Source: Patescibacteria group bacterium UBA3530
GTDB taxonomy: Bacteria > Patescibacteriota > Minisyncoccia > Phycocordibacterales > UBA2100
Direction of reading: 5' to 3'
Length of the DNA stretch: 63,408 bases
Assembly (NCBI GenBank): GCA_002376945.1
Contig: DFOX01000002.1
Span: 31,468-94,875, forward strand
Shown here: piece by piece, positions 34,659 through 41,394 of the stretch
Numbering within the stretch: the first letter of the stretch is position 1
Layout: every line of letters starts with the position of its first letter
Translations under genes and position numbers: made by a program
The notes under the pieces: model-generated
Database searches by the model: none
The model's input: the letters and a program-made list of their open reading frames with translations, nothing else
Told to the model about the DNA's origin: nothing

Positions 34659-34928
34659 TCATTGCATCAGAATCTGATGGTTGATGAACCGAATTTCGGT
34701 TGGTTTTATGAGACGTCGGTGCGCTATGGTGACATGACGGAGAGGACCCTCAATGTTATGTTCCCAGTAGTCGAGAAATCGAGCCAATCGTGGGAATTGT
34801 GGATAGCAATCTTCGAATTGCCACACGAATTTTTGCAGGATACTCGGATGATCGGGAAGACCGTAGGTCACATCGATAATCGTAAGTCCAAAGCCAGCCA
34901 ACGAGCGCTCAAGAAGTGTTCGATACAT
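34659..34928 (-). CDS. Usg-like family protein
   Basis: GFGLTIIDVTYGLPDHPSILQKFVWQFEDCYPQFPRLARFLDYWEHNIEGPLRHVTIAHRRLIKPTEIR matches my recollection of the Usg family (GYGLTTAEILYRMPDHP..LQ.FVWQ...P.FP.L..FL.FW...L.GPL..V.VAH..L). The start is taken at MYRTLL (34928). Confidence 0.6.
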   Translation of the reverse strand: MYRTLLERSLAGFGLTIIDVTYGLPDHPSILQKFVWQFEDCYPQFPRLARFLDYWEHNIEGPLRHVTIAHRRLIKPTEIRFINHQILMQ

Positions 34929-34980
34929 AACGAAAGTCCTTTCCAAAAGCAAATCCTCATATCTTAATACCATATTTTGT

Positions 34981-35016
34981 AGACAAAACGAAGACCACCC
35001 GGACGGGGGTGGTCTT
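34981..35016 (-). terminator. rho-independent terminator (minus strand)
   Basis: Minus-strand AAGACCACCC-CCGUCC-GGGUGGUCUU followed by CGUUUUGUCU, 10 nt after the stop of 35026..35331. Confidence 0.7.
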
Positions 35017-35025
35017 GTAGTGGGT

Positions 35026-35331
35026 TCAACACCTCTTGGCATATACTGCCTGCAACGGTGTTCGTGGCATTTCACGAATCTCTTTCCAGAGCTGCATCTC
35101 ACCTATGGTGAGATGAGAAATGCCCATTTCCTTGAGGTCCTGAAGGTATCCCGGCGAGTAGGGTGACTCACCAATCCTTTTAAGGGCCACAAGGTATTTC
35201 TTCAGGTCGCAAGGCCTTTTTATAGCCCCGGTGTCCAGTAACAACTGAACGTACTCCACCGAGACGTATTCGCTCGATGGGGGACACATCCCTGCGCCTT
35301 CCCAAATTTTCTGAAAAAATGAATTTTTCAT
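35026..35331 (-). CDS. hypothetical protein
   Basis: AGGAGG SD lies upstream of ATG 35331 (MKNSFFQKIWEG...). No family recognised. Confidence 0.6.
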   Translation of the reverse strand: MKNSFFQKIWEGAGMCPPSSEYVSVEYVQLLLDTGAIKRPCDLKKYLVALKRIGESPYSPGYLQDLKEMGISHLTIGEMQLWKEIREMPRTPLQAVYAKRC

Positions 35332-35380
35332 ACCCGCACCTCCTATAAAAACGTTAGCACTAAAATACTTGACTGTCAAA

Positions 35381-36448
35381 TTAGATAGCATCGGTCGGTA
35401 TTTTTGTTTGTGGCGTTGCCGGTGTGGCGGTAAAAGTGGTTCGTCCGATCAGTGCGCCCCACTTAGTTTCCACATTACACCGCCATACTCCCGAGTCGAT
35501 CTGTGTCGTTTGTGTATATCCGCGATATCCCGCATCTCTACCACCGCGTATAGGAAATGGTGTACGTGATACGGTATTCCACGAGTCGGTGGCCTGATCG
35601 TATTTCTCCCAACGATGCCAAATTTCCGTTTCCAGGCGTGGTGGTGCAAATACTGAACTCATACAGTATGCGGTACCACTTGCATCGAAATGATAGGTCG
35701 AATTAGTGTCTCTCCAGAATTCAAACCATGCCGGTTTCTCGTAGGTGACTTCATACTCGAGCCCGCGACGTTCTATCGAGTGATAGATACCAATCTGCTT
35801 AAGTGCCAATGGTACGGGTGGTATGAGATTCGCAGCGTAGAGAGTGCCAAAGATTACCGTTATGGTGATCACCGAAATTCTGATGTGTTGCGCATATTCA
35901 TCACGCGGCATACCGGCAACTAATGCCAGTATTCGAATAAATAGCGACATAACTACCAATGCGAAAAATATACTGGTGGCAAATGCAAGTACTCCGATTT
36001 CATTTACCAAAATCGGAACAACCAAAGCCATGTAGGTGAGCAAGAGAAAATACCATAAAGACACCCGCAAGGTGTTTCTTGCATAACGGTCCTTCAACAG
36101 TTCGTTTCCGAGAAAGAGTGCGCCGAGCAAACCGATGAATATAAGACTACCGGTGAACGTTCCACTTCGTGCGTAGAGAACCATCAACGCACTCGCGAGG
36201 TTGCCAAAGGAGAATTGCAGGACGGTTAAGAGTGTCAGTCTTGCTCGTTCGTGAGTGTTGAAGAAGTTGGTTTGAAATGCCACTATTGCTAATGCGCTGA
36301 TAATTAGATAGCCGCTAATCACTATATTTTCAAACAATGCATCCGGGCGGTTTAGGGTGAAAATATCAAATACAAATCCTGCAAAAAGTGCAATGGTTGG
36401 TGCCAGATGTGCGTAGCTGCGCGCTGTGCCAACAATACTCATAGCCAA
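35381..36448 (-). CDS. polytopic membrane protein with C-terminal DUF2914-like domain
   Basis: There are ~7 predicted TM helices. The C-terminal soluble domain has EIWHRWEKYD...GGRDAGYRGYTQ...GVWRCNVETKWGALIGRTTF, resembling DUF2914. Confidence 0.5.
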   Translation of the reverse strand: MAMSIVGTARSYAHLAPTIALFAGFVFDIFTLNRPDALFENIVISGYLIISALAIVAFQTNFFNTHERARLTLLTVLQFSFGNLASALMVLYARSGTFTGSLIFIGLLGALFLGNELLKDRYARNTLRVSLWYFLLLTYMALVVPILVNEIGVLAFATSIFFALVVMSLFIRILALVAGMPRDEYAQHIRISVITITVIFGTLYAANLIPPVPLALKQIGIYHSIERRGLEYEVTYEKPAWFEFWRDTNSTYHFDASGTAYCMSSVFAPPRLETEIWHRWEKYDQATDSWNTVSRTPFPIRGGRDAGYRGYTQTTQIDSGVWRCNVETKWGALIGRTTFTATPATPQTKIPTDAI

Positions 36449-36492
36449 ATGGTAGCATAAATACTATGGTTAAAATAAAGAGGTAGCCAAAC

Positions 36493-36522
36493 AAAAAACC
36501 CGATCTCTCGAGCGGGCTTTTT
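36493..36522 (-). terminator. rho-independent terminator of csp
   Basis: Minus-strand AAAAGCCCG-CUCGAGAGAU-CGGGUUUUUU. Confidence 0.7.
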
Positions 36523-36529
36523 GTTTTCG

Positions 36530-36730
36530 TTAGATCTTGCTAACCTTTTCTGCCTGTGGTCCTTTCTGTCCTTCCGAAACCTCAAACTCTACACTGTCTC
36601 CTTCTCGGAGATCGTTAAATGCAACGTTTTGAAGTTCGTTGGAATGGAAGAAAAGATCCTTCTCGTTGCCCTCAACGGAAATAAAGCCATAACCTTTATC
36701 CATAATTCGGGCGATTGTACCTTGTGTCAT
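36530..36730 (-). CDS. cspA: cold-shock protein (CSD)
   Basis: GTIARIMDKGYGFISVEGNEKDLFFHSNEL carries the RNP1/RNP2-like motifs; 66 aa. Confidence 0.95.
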   Translation of the reverse strand: MTQGTIARIMDKGYGFISVEGNEKDLFFHSNELQNVAFNDLREGDSVEFEVSEGQKGPQAEKVSKI

Positions 36731-36820
36731 CGTTCTTCGAACTTAGACTATTAAAATCAAAAACAGCCTAAAAAAGAAACTCATGAGCTCTACTTCAAGG
36801 GAGTACCTGATTGCAAGTGA

Positions 36821-36848
36821 TTAAACATGAATACTCATGAGAAGTCAA
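36821..36848 (-). promoter_or_regulatory. csp promoter TTGACT-16 nt-TTTAAT
   Basis: On the minus strand, TTGACT is plus 36843-36848 and TTTAAT is plus 36821-36826. This leaves a ~85-nt 5' UTR, as is typical for csp genes. Confidence 0.5.
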
Positions 36849-36863
36849 GCATCAAGCACCAGT

Positions 36864-36986
36864 CTAACCACGTTTTCTCTTTGATGCTCGTGCTGAAAGC
36901 ATGGAGTGTTTTGCAGCAAGGCGCTTTGCGGTTTTTCGCGAGTGCGACTTTTTCATCTTCTCGATTCCTGTGTTTCGTTTTGCCAT
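36864..36986 (-). CDS. candidate 40-aa highly basic peptide (possibly ribosomal-protein-like)
   Basis: My hand translation gives MAKRNTGIEKMKKSHSRKTAKRLAAKHSMLSARASKRKRG. It is below the ORF-track cutoff and has no clear SD. KMKKSHS..AKR and H..L.....KRKR loosely recall bL35. Confidence 0.3.
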   Translation of the reverse strand: MAKRNTGIEKMKKSHSRKTAKRLAAKHSMLSARASKRKRG

Positions 36987-37033
36987 GTGCGGTTTAGCAT
37001 ACACACATTTTCGTATTTAGCAATGCGGTCAAT

Positions 37034-37309
37034 TTAGAGTACGTGCGCATACACAAAATAGGACAGTATCGGGAACAGTATAAGCCACCAAGTATAGAAC
37101 CAGCCAAGTGCGAGTATCCATATCAGGAGACTTCGGCGCATATAGAACCAGTCCCTTTCATTTGTATGTGAATCACTTCGCCATATATGGGTGATACTGA
37201 AGCCGGTAACTACCAAAGCGGCTATCTGCGGGAACAGAATGAACACAAGTATCTTCTCCCATAAGGGAGATGCTTCTATTCGCTTCTCGACCCAGTCAAT
37301 AGGTATCAT
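37034..37309 (-). CDS. small membrane protein (3 TM), hypothetical
   Basis: Hydrophobic segments ILVFILFPQIAALVVTGFSI, LLIWILALGWFYTWWLILFPILSYFVY. It is the last gene of a three-gene minus-strand unit with 8-nt spacers. Confidence 0.6.
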   Translation of the reverse strand: MIPIDWVEKRIEASPLWEKILVFILFPQIAALVVTGFSITHIWRSDSHTNERDWFYMRRSLLIWILALGWFYTWWLILFPILSYFVYAHVL

Positions 37310-37317
37310 AGGTACAC

Positions 37318-37704
37318 CTATGACAAGGAATCAATTGATGCCTTGAGCTCTTGTTCCACATCTGTTGCGATGGAGGTAAGTTGCTCGTTTTGAACAAACG
37401 ACATCGCCGCTGAGGGAAGTATTGCGGATACATATATTTCGGAATCTTTCTCGTAAACGATAACGTTGCAGGGAAGAAGAAGACCTATTTCCTTCTCTGC
37501 TTGCAGCGCCTGGTACGCGAAAGTGGGATTGCATGCACCCAAGATGAGGTAATTGTCATAATCAATATCAAGCTTTGCCTTTAGAGTGCTTGTAACATCA
37601 ATCTCGGTGAGCACACCAAACCCTCGTGAGGCAAGCGCTTCTTTAATCCGCTCTGTCGCCTCAGCAAACGACAAAGCTACTTTTTTGGTATATCCGTATT
37701 GCAT
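37318..37704 (-). CDS. DUF302 domain protein
   Basis: FAEATERIKEALASRGFGVLTEIDVTSTLKAKL...YLILGACNPTFAYQAL...EIGLLLPCNVIVYE resembles DUF302. The start is taken at MQYGYTKK (37704), which avoids overlap with the upstream gene. Confidence 0.7.
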   Translation of the reverse strand: MQYGYTKKVALSFAEATERIKEALASRGFGVLTEIDVTSTLKAKLDIDYDNYLILGACNPTFAYQALQAEKEIGLLLPCNVIVYEKDSEIYVSAILPSAAMSFVQNEQLTSIATDVEQELKASIDSLS

Positions 37705-37712
37705 GATGTTAC

Positions 37713-37952
37713 TTATACGAACTTGTTGTATACCCACCCAAAGGCATACGAGAATACAAACCCGATGATTGCCGCCTCAATCATTCCTGCAAGAATCCCG
37801 CCTGCAGATGGAGAGAAGAACATATGCACACCTTGCATTGCCTGCATTGCCCCCGCATAGATACCCATGCCACCAAGTACCCCCAAAAGAAGCATGATAG
37901 CTGCAGATAGTATTGCTCCTGCATAACCAAGAGCCATTGCGTTTAGTTTCAT
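37713..37952 (-). CDS. small 2-3 TM membrane protein, paralogue of 41130..41393
   Basis: Gly/Ala/Met-rich TM protein ending in GFVFSYAFGWVYNKF, compared with ESYAYGWLFGALYAWL in 41130..41393. Confidence 0.6.
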   Translation of the reverse strand: MKLNAMALGYAGAILSAAIMLLLGVLGGMGIYAGAMQAMQGVHMFFSPSAGGILAGMIEAAIIGFVFSYAFGWVYNKFV

Positions 37953-37996
37953 ATTAAAAGTATATTACGTTATTAACATCGGGATAATTTGACTAT

Positions 37997-38013
37997 ATAC
38001 CCCATAGGGGTAT
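37997..38013. promoter_or_regulatory. CsoR-type operator ATACCCC-ATA-GGGGTAT inside the csoR promoter
   Basis: A 7-3-7 perfect inverted repeat of the GC-tract type bound by CsoR-family repressors. It lies in the spacer between TTGACT (37989-37994) and TATTAT (38011-38016). ATG 38025 is 8 nt after the -10. Confidence 0.75.
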
Positions 38014-38024
38014 TATACGTGCAT

Positions 38025-38294
38025 ATGAAAAAAGCAGTCAAGACCCAGGTGGGGAGGAGATTAAAAATAATTTCAGGCCAAATAGCGGGTTTGCAAAAAA
38101 AGGTAGAGAATGAAGAATACTGTATTGATATTATCACACAAACGTCAGCAGTACGGCAGGCACTTTCCGCTATTGAAGACTTGATGCTTGAAAACCACCT
38201 CACCACTCATGTTACTGAACAAATACAGGCCGGACAGCAAAAGAAAGCAGTTGATGAGATTTTATCGGTTTACAAGTTATCAAAGAAAAAATAA
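38025..38294 (+). CDS. csoR: CsoR/RcnR-family metal-sensing repressor
   Basis: RRLKIISGQIAGLQKKVENEEYCIDIITQTSAVRQALSAIEDLMLENHLTTHV has the typical CsoR helix bundle, with the Cys (YCID) and His (ENHLTTH) ligand positions. Confidence 0.85.
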   Translation: MKKAVKTQVGRRLKIISGQIAGLQKKVENEEYCIDIITQTSAVRQALSAIEDLMLENHLTTHVTEQIQAGQQKKAVDEILSVYKLSKKK

Positions 38295-38299
38295 TCACT

Positions 38300-39136
38300 A
38301 TGATGGGAACAAGTGGAATCATTGCATTACTCATAACTGTCGCCGTGCTCATAGCGGGTGGATATTACATCACCACAAGGAATGATGACGCTCATCATTC
38401 CGATACGGCTGTTTCCGGAGAAATATATCCGAGTGCAGTTGTGGAAAAAATTGCAAACAAGGAGGATATAATCATACTTGACGTCAGAACTCCTGAAGAA
38501 TACGAAGAGGTGCATATTGAAAACGCCGTACTGCTACCGGTGCAGGTACTTTCAGCACAAACGCTTGAGGAAGTAGGTATTGGGAACGACATGAAAGACA
38601 AGGAAATAATCGTATACTGTAGAAGCGGTGCTCGAGGACAAACGGCCTATAACATAATGAAGTCTCTCGGCTATACCAATGTTAAAAATATCTCCGGAGG
38701 AATGATTCACTGGGAGGAAGATGGAAACCCGTATACGGAAAGCGGCGCATACCAGGGGGTTGTACCTTCCTCTGAAACCACTACCGTACAATCACCTACA
38801 GCTTCTCCCAAGCTCGTCATGAAAAGTGACTTCTATGACTTTGGGGTCATACCCCAATACGGAGGTGTGGTAGAGCAGACGTTTCCCATTACCAACGACG
38901 GCACCGAAACGCTCATTATCGGAGAAATCACCACTAGTTGTGGATGCACCTCGGCAAACATCAGTCGTTCGAGTTTGGAACCAGGAGAAGAAGCGATACT
39001 TACCGTCTCCTTTGACCCCGATTTTCATGAAGAACCACCGAATGTATTTAAGCGAACCGTATTTATCCCAACCAATGATCCGACCATTCCTGAAAAAGAG
39101 GTTACGATACGTGTGGATATAGAAGAAGGTATTTAG
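38300..39136 (+). CDS. membrane-anchored rhodanese domain fused to a DUF1573-like domain
   Basis: N-terminal TM. Rhodanese region ILDVRTPEEYEEVHIENAVLLP...IIVYCRSGARGQTA (active-site CRSGAR loop). The C-terminal region FYDFGVIPQYGGVVEQTFPITNDGTETLIIGEITTSCGCTSA is DUF1573-like. Confidence 0.8.
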   Translation: MMGTSGIIALLITVAVLIAGGYYITTRNDDAHHSDTAVSGEIYPSAVVEKIANKEDIIILDVRTPEEYEEVHIENAVLLPVQVLSAQTLEEVGIGNDMKDKEIIVYCRSGARGQTAYNIMKSLGYTNVKNISGGMIHWEEDGNPYTESGAYQGVVPSSETTTVQSPTASPKLVMKSDFYDFGVIPQYGGVVEQTFPITNDGTETLIIGEITTSCGCTSANISRSSLEPGEEAILTVSFDPDFHEEPPNVFKRTVFIPTNDPTIPEKEVTIRVDIEEGI

Positions 39137-39153
39137 TATAATAAAAGTAATAT

Positions 39154-39633
39154 ATGACCAAATATATAATCGGATTGGGGTTAGTGATTGCTCTCGGAGT
39201 TCTGTTTGCGGCAGGAGGTTCTCAGAGCGGTAAAAGAGCGACTGAGGTGATTCCGGTCGTTTCCGCGCCACTTGTGGTTGTTGAGGAACCATTTGATTTT
39301 GGAGACATTGATATATTCGGCGGTACCGTTACTACAACGTTCACGTTACAAAATAATGGCACAGAGGATGTTAGTATCGTTGCTGCGGTAACAAGTTGTG
39401 CGTGTACCGAGGGAGAGATTGATGATTTGCAATTCGGTATGCATGAAAGTACGGGCGCACAGGTAGTCGTTCCTGCTGGAGGCACCAAAGAGCTGGTAGC
39501 CACCTTCGATCCCCTGGCACACGGTCCAAATGGTACAGGTAGGGTTACCAGAGAATTGTATCTATCAACGAATTCAACCGTTACACCCGAGGTCAAGGCA
39601 GTGTTTACCGGAAACGTAGTCAAGTATGAGTAG
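39154..39633 (+). CDS. membrane-anchored DUF1573-like protein
   Basis: Signal anchor, then FDFGDIDIFGGTVTTTFTLQNNGTEDVSIVAAVTSCACTEGE, paralogous to the C-terminal half of the preceding protein. Confidence 0.65.
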   Translation: MTKYIIGLGLVIALGVLFAAGGSQSGKRATEVIPVVSAPLVVVEEPFDFGDIDIFGGTVTTTFTLQNNGTEDVSIVAAVTSCACTEGEIDDLQFGMHESTGAQVVVPAGGTKELVATFDPLAHGPNGTGRVTRELYLSTNSTVTPEVKAVFTGNVVKYE

Positions 39634-40648
39634 TGCATTGAAAAAACTCCTGGTTTTTGCAGCGTTCCTGTTGTTTAGTATTTCCCTGATAGGGTTGTTC
39701 TATGTATTCCTCTCGCCTGCAGAAACCGCTAATATAGCTTTCGCCTACGCGGTTGGTTTGACCATGATTGTACTTCCCTGTACGCTGCCGCTTGCGTTTG
39801 TCATTGTGCCACTCGCAATGGGTAAGAATCCAAAAAAAGGACTGATGATGTCGTTGTTCTTTGCGTTGGGGGTGTCGCTTACACTGTCACTTTACGGATT
39901 ATTTATCGCACTCATTGGTAAGTCCATCGGACTTGATCAGGCAATAGGTGACGCTGGTTTGGTGAGTCGTATTTTGTTTATGGTCGGGGGACTGGCGGCA
40001 TTTATTTTCGGACTTTCTGAGTTGCGACTCATCAAATTCAAAATACCAAGCTATAGCGGCTCATATCCACAGTTCATACAAAAGCAAGGAGATTATCTCA
40101 AAGCATTTTTCTTGGGACTCTTCCTCGGCAATGCTGGTGTTGGTTGTCCGAACCCGCTCTTCTATGTGCTTCTTGGCAATATTGCAGTTGTAGGCAGTGC
40201 AGCTACCGGGTGGTGGCTTGGATTTATACATGGTGTGGGTAGGGCGACGCCGCTTCTCTTCTTGGCGATTTTGGGAATTCTGGGAGTCAATGCCGTGAGC
40301 TCGATTGCATCCAAAACCGCAACGGTAACGAAATGGACCGGTATCAGTCTTGTGTTCCTCGGAGCTTTCATTTTCATAAGTGGTGCTTCACATCAATGGT
40401 ATGAGGAAACGGTTGTCCATAAAGGGTGGAATACGATGGTTGAGATAGTGACCGGCGAAGATAGTGGTATAGCAGAGATAGAAGAACACGAAGAAGCGCC
40501 GGGAACACCTGAAGACCATGTGGATGAGCCCGTCGTAGAAGATGATCATGCCGATGCAGGTGACTTGTTACCCGCTCCATGGTCGTGGATTGTATTAATT
40601 GCGATGATAGGAATTCCTCTCATCTGGTATAGAAGCATTAATAAGTAA
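39626..40648 (+). CDS. ccdA: CcdA/DsbD-family transmembrane thiol-disulfide electron transporter
   Basis: Polytopic, with the two family-typical intramembrane Cys-Pro motifs (VLPCTLPL and GVGCPNPLFY). It has an acidic/His-rich insert EEHEEAPGTPEDHVDEPVVEDDHADAGD and a final TM. Confidence 0.75.
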   Translation: MSSALKKLLVFAAFLLFSISLIGLFYVFLSPAETANIAFAYAVGLTMIVLPCTLPLAFVIVPLAMGKNPKKGLMMSLFFALGVSLTLSLYGLFIALIGKSIGLDQAIGDAGLVSRILFMVGGLAAFIFGLSELRLIKFKIPSYSGSYPQFIQKQGDYLKAFFLGLFLGNAGVGCPNPLFYVLLGNIAVVGSAATGWWLGFIHGVGRATPLLFLAILGILGVNAVSSIASKTATVTKWTGISLVFLGAFIFISGASHQWYEETVVHKGWNTMVEIVTGEDSGIAEIEEHEEAPGTPEDHVDEPVVEDDHADAGDLLPAPWSWIVLIAMIGIPLIWYRSINK

Positions 40649-40658
40649 TAAAATACAT

Positions 40659-40916
40659 ATGCACAAAATAATATTTTTAACCATGCCGGGATGTCATTCT
40701 TGTGAAGAAGCGAAGGGGATATTCAGCGAAATTATTCCTGAATTTGAATCGATAGTCAGTGTTGAGGAGGTCGATATGATGAGCGAACAAGGACAAGCGT
40801 TAGTGCAAAAACACAGCGTGTTCGCATCACCAGGAATCATTATTGACGATGAGTTGTTCTCTACCGGAGGAGTTGATAAGAACGCGCTAGTGGAGAGGTT
40901 ACGAGAACTTGAATAA
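40659..40916 (+). CDS. small thioredoxin/glutaredoxin-like protein (CHSC active site)
   Basis: IIFLTMPGCHSCEEAK...ASPGIIIDDELFSTGG; 85 aa, with Thioredoxin_3-like architecture. Confidence 0.7.
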   Translation: MHKIIFLTMPGCHSCEEAKGIFSEIIPEFESIVSVEEVDMMSEQGQALVQKHSVFASPGIIIDDELFSTGGVDKNALVERLRELE

Positions 40917-40918
40917 AG

Positions 40919-41092
40919 ATGAGCAACAAGGCAACAAGCATCTATTTTGCAATTTTTGCAGTGGCGTATGTTGTCTATGTGTTGCAGATAGTAAAACACG
41001 ATATTCATTTCACCAATGCAGTAATACTGACAACTTTCGTAGGACTGGCCGCTTACTACTACATTAAATCTCGTCGAGAGATGACCGATTAA
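40919..41092 (+). CDS. candidate 57-aa 2-TM peptide
   Basis: My hand translation gives MSNKATSIYFAIFAVAYVVYVLQIVKHDIHFTNAVILTTFVGLAAYYYIKSRREMTD. It starts 2 nt after the preceding stop and is below the ORF-track cutoff. Confidence 0.4.
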   Translation: MSNKATSIYFAIFAVAYVVYVLQIVKHDIHFTNAVILTTFVGLAAYYYIKSRREMTD

Positions 41093-41129
41093 TACATTAT
41101 TAGTTTATTACGATAATATATAAAATTGT

Positions 41130-41393
41130 ATGAATCATAGTTTAAAGAAAACAGGACATATAGTAGGTGTTTTATTTGTTGCGTTTTTCGCACTCTGCAT
41201 GTTCTGGGGGTTGTTGTTAGTCGACCCTGCCTTAAAAGAATTGCATAGAAACTTGCTGCTTATCGCCTTTCCAGGATTTAGCTTTACGGCAATAGGAATA
41301 GTGATCGGAGCCGCGGAATCATATGCGTACGGATGGTTATTCGGAGCATTGTATGCGTGGTTGTGCAAAGTAACTTGCGCACAAGGAAAATAG
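41130..41393 (+). CDS. small membrane protein, paralogue of 37713..37952
   Basis: Two or three TM helices and a conserved C-terminal AESYAYGWLFGALYAWL. It lies directly upstream (1-nt spacer) of the Cu ATPase. Confidence 0.6.
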   Translation: MNHSLKKTGHIVGVLFVAFFALCMFWGLLLVDPALKELHRNLLLIAFPGFSFTAIGIVIGAAESYAYGWLFGALYAWLCKVTCAQGK

Positions 41394-41394
41394 T

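Noticed and set aside
34617-34967. 116-aa plus-strand ORF
   Set aside because: It is antisense to the Usg-like gene, which has clear family similarity, and it starts inside the terminator hairpin.
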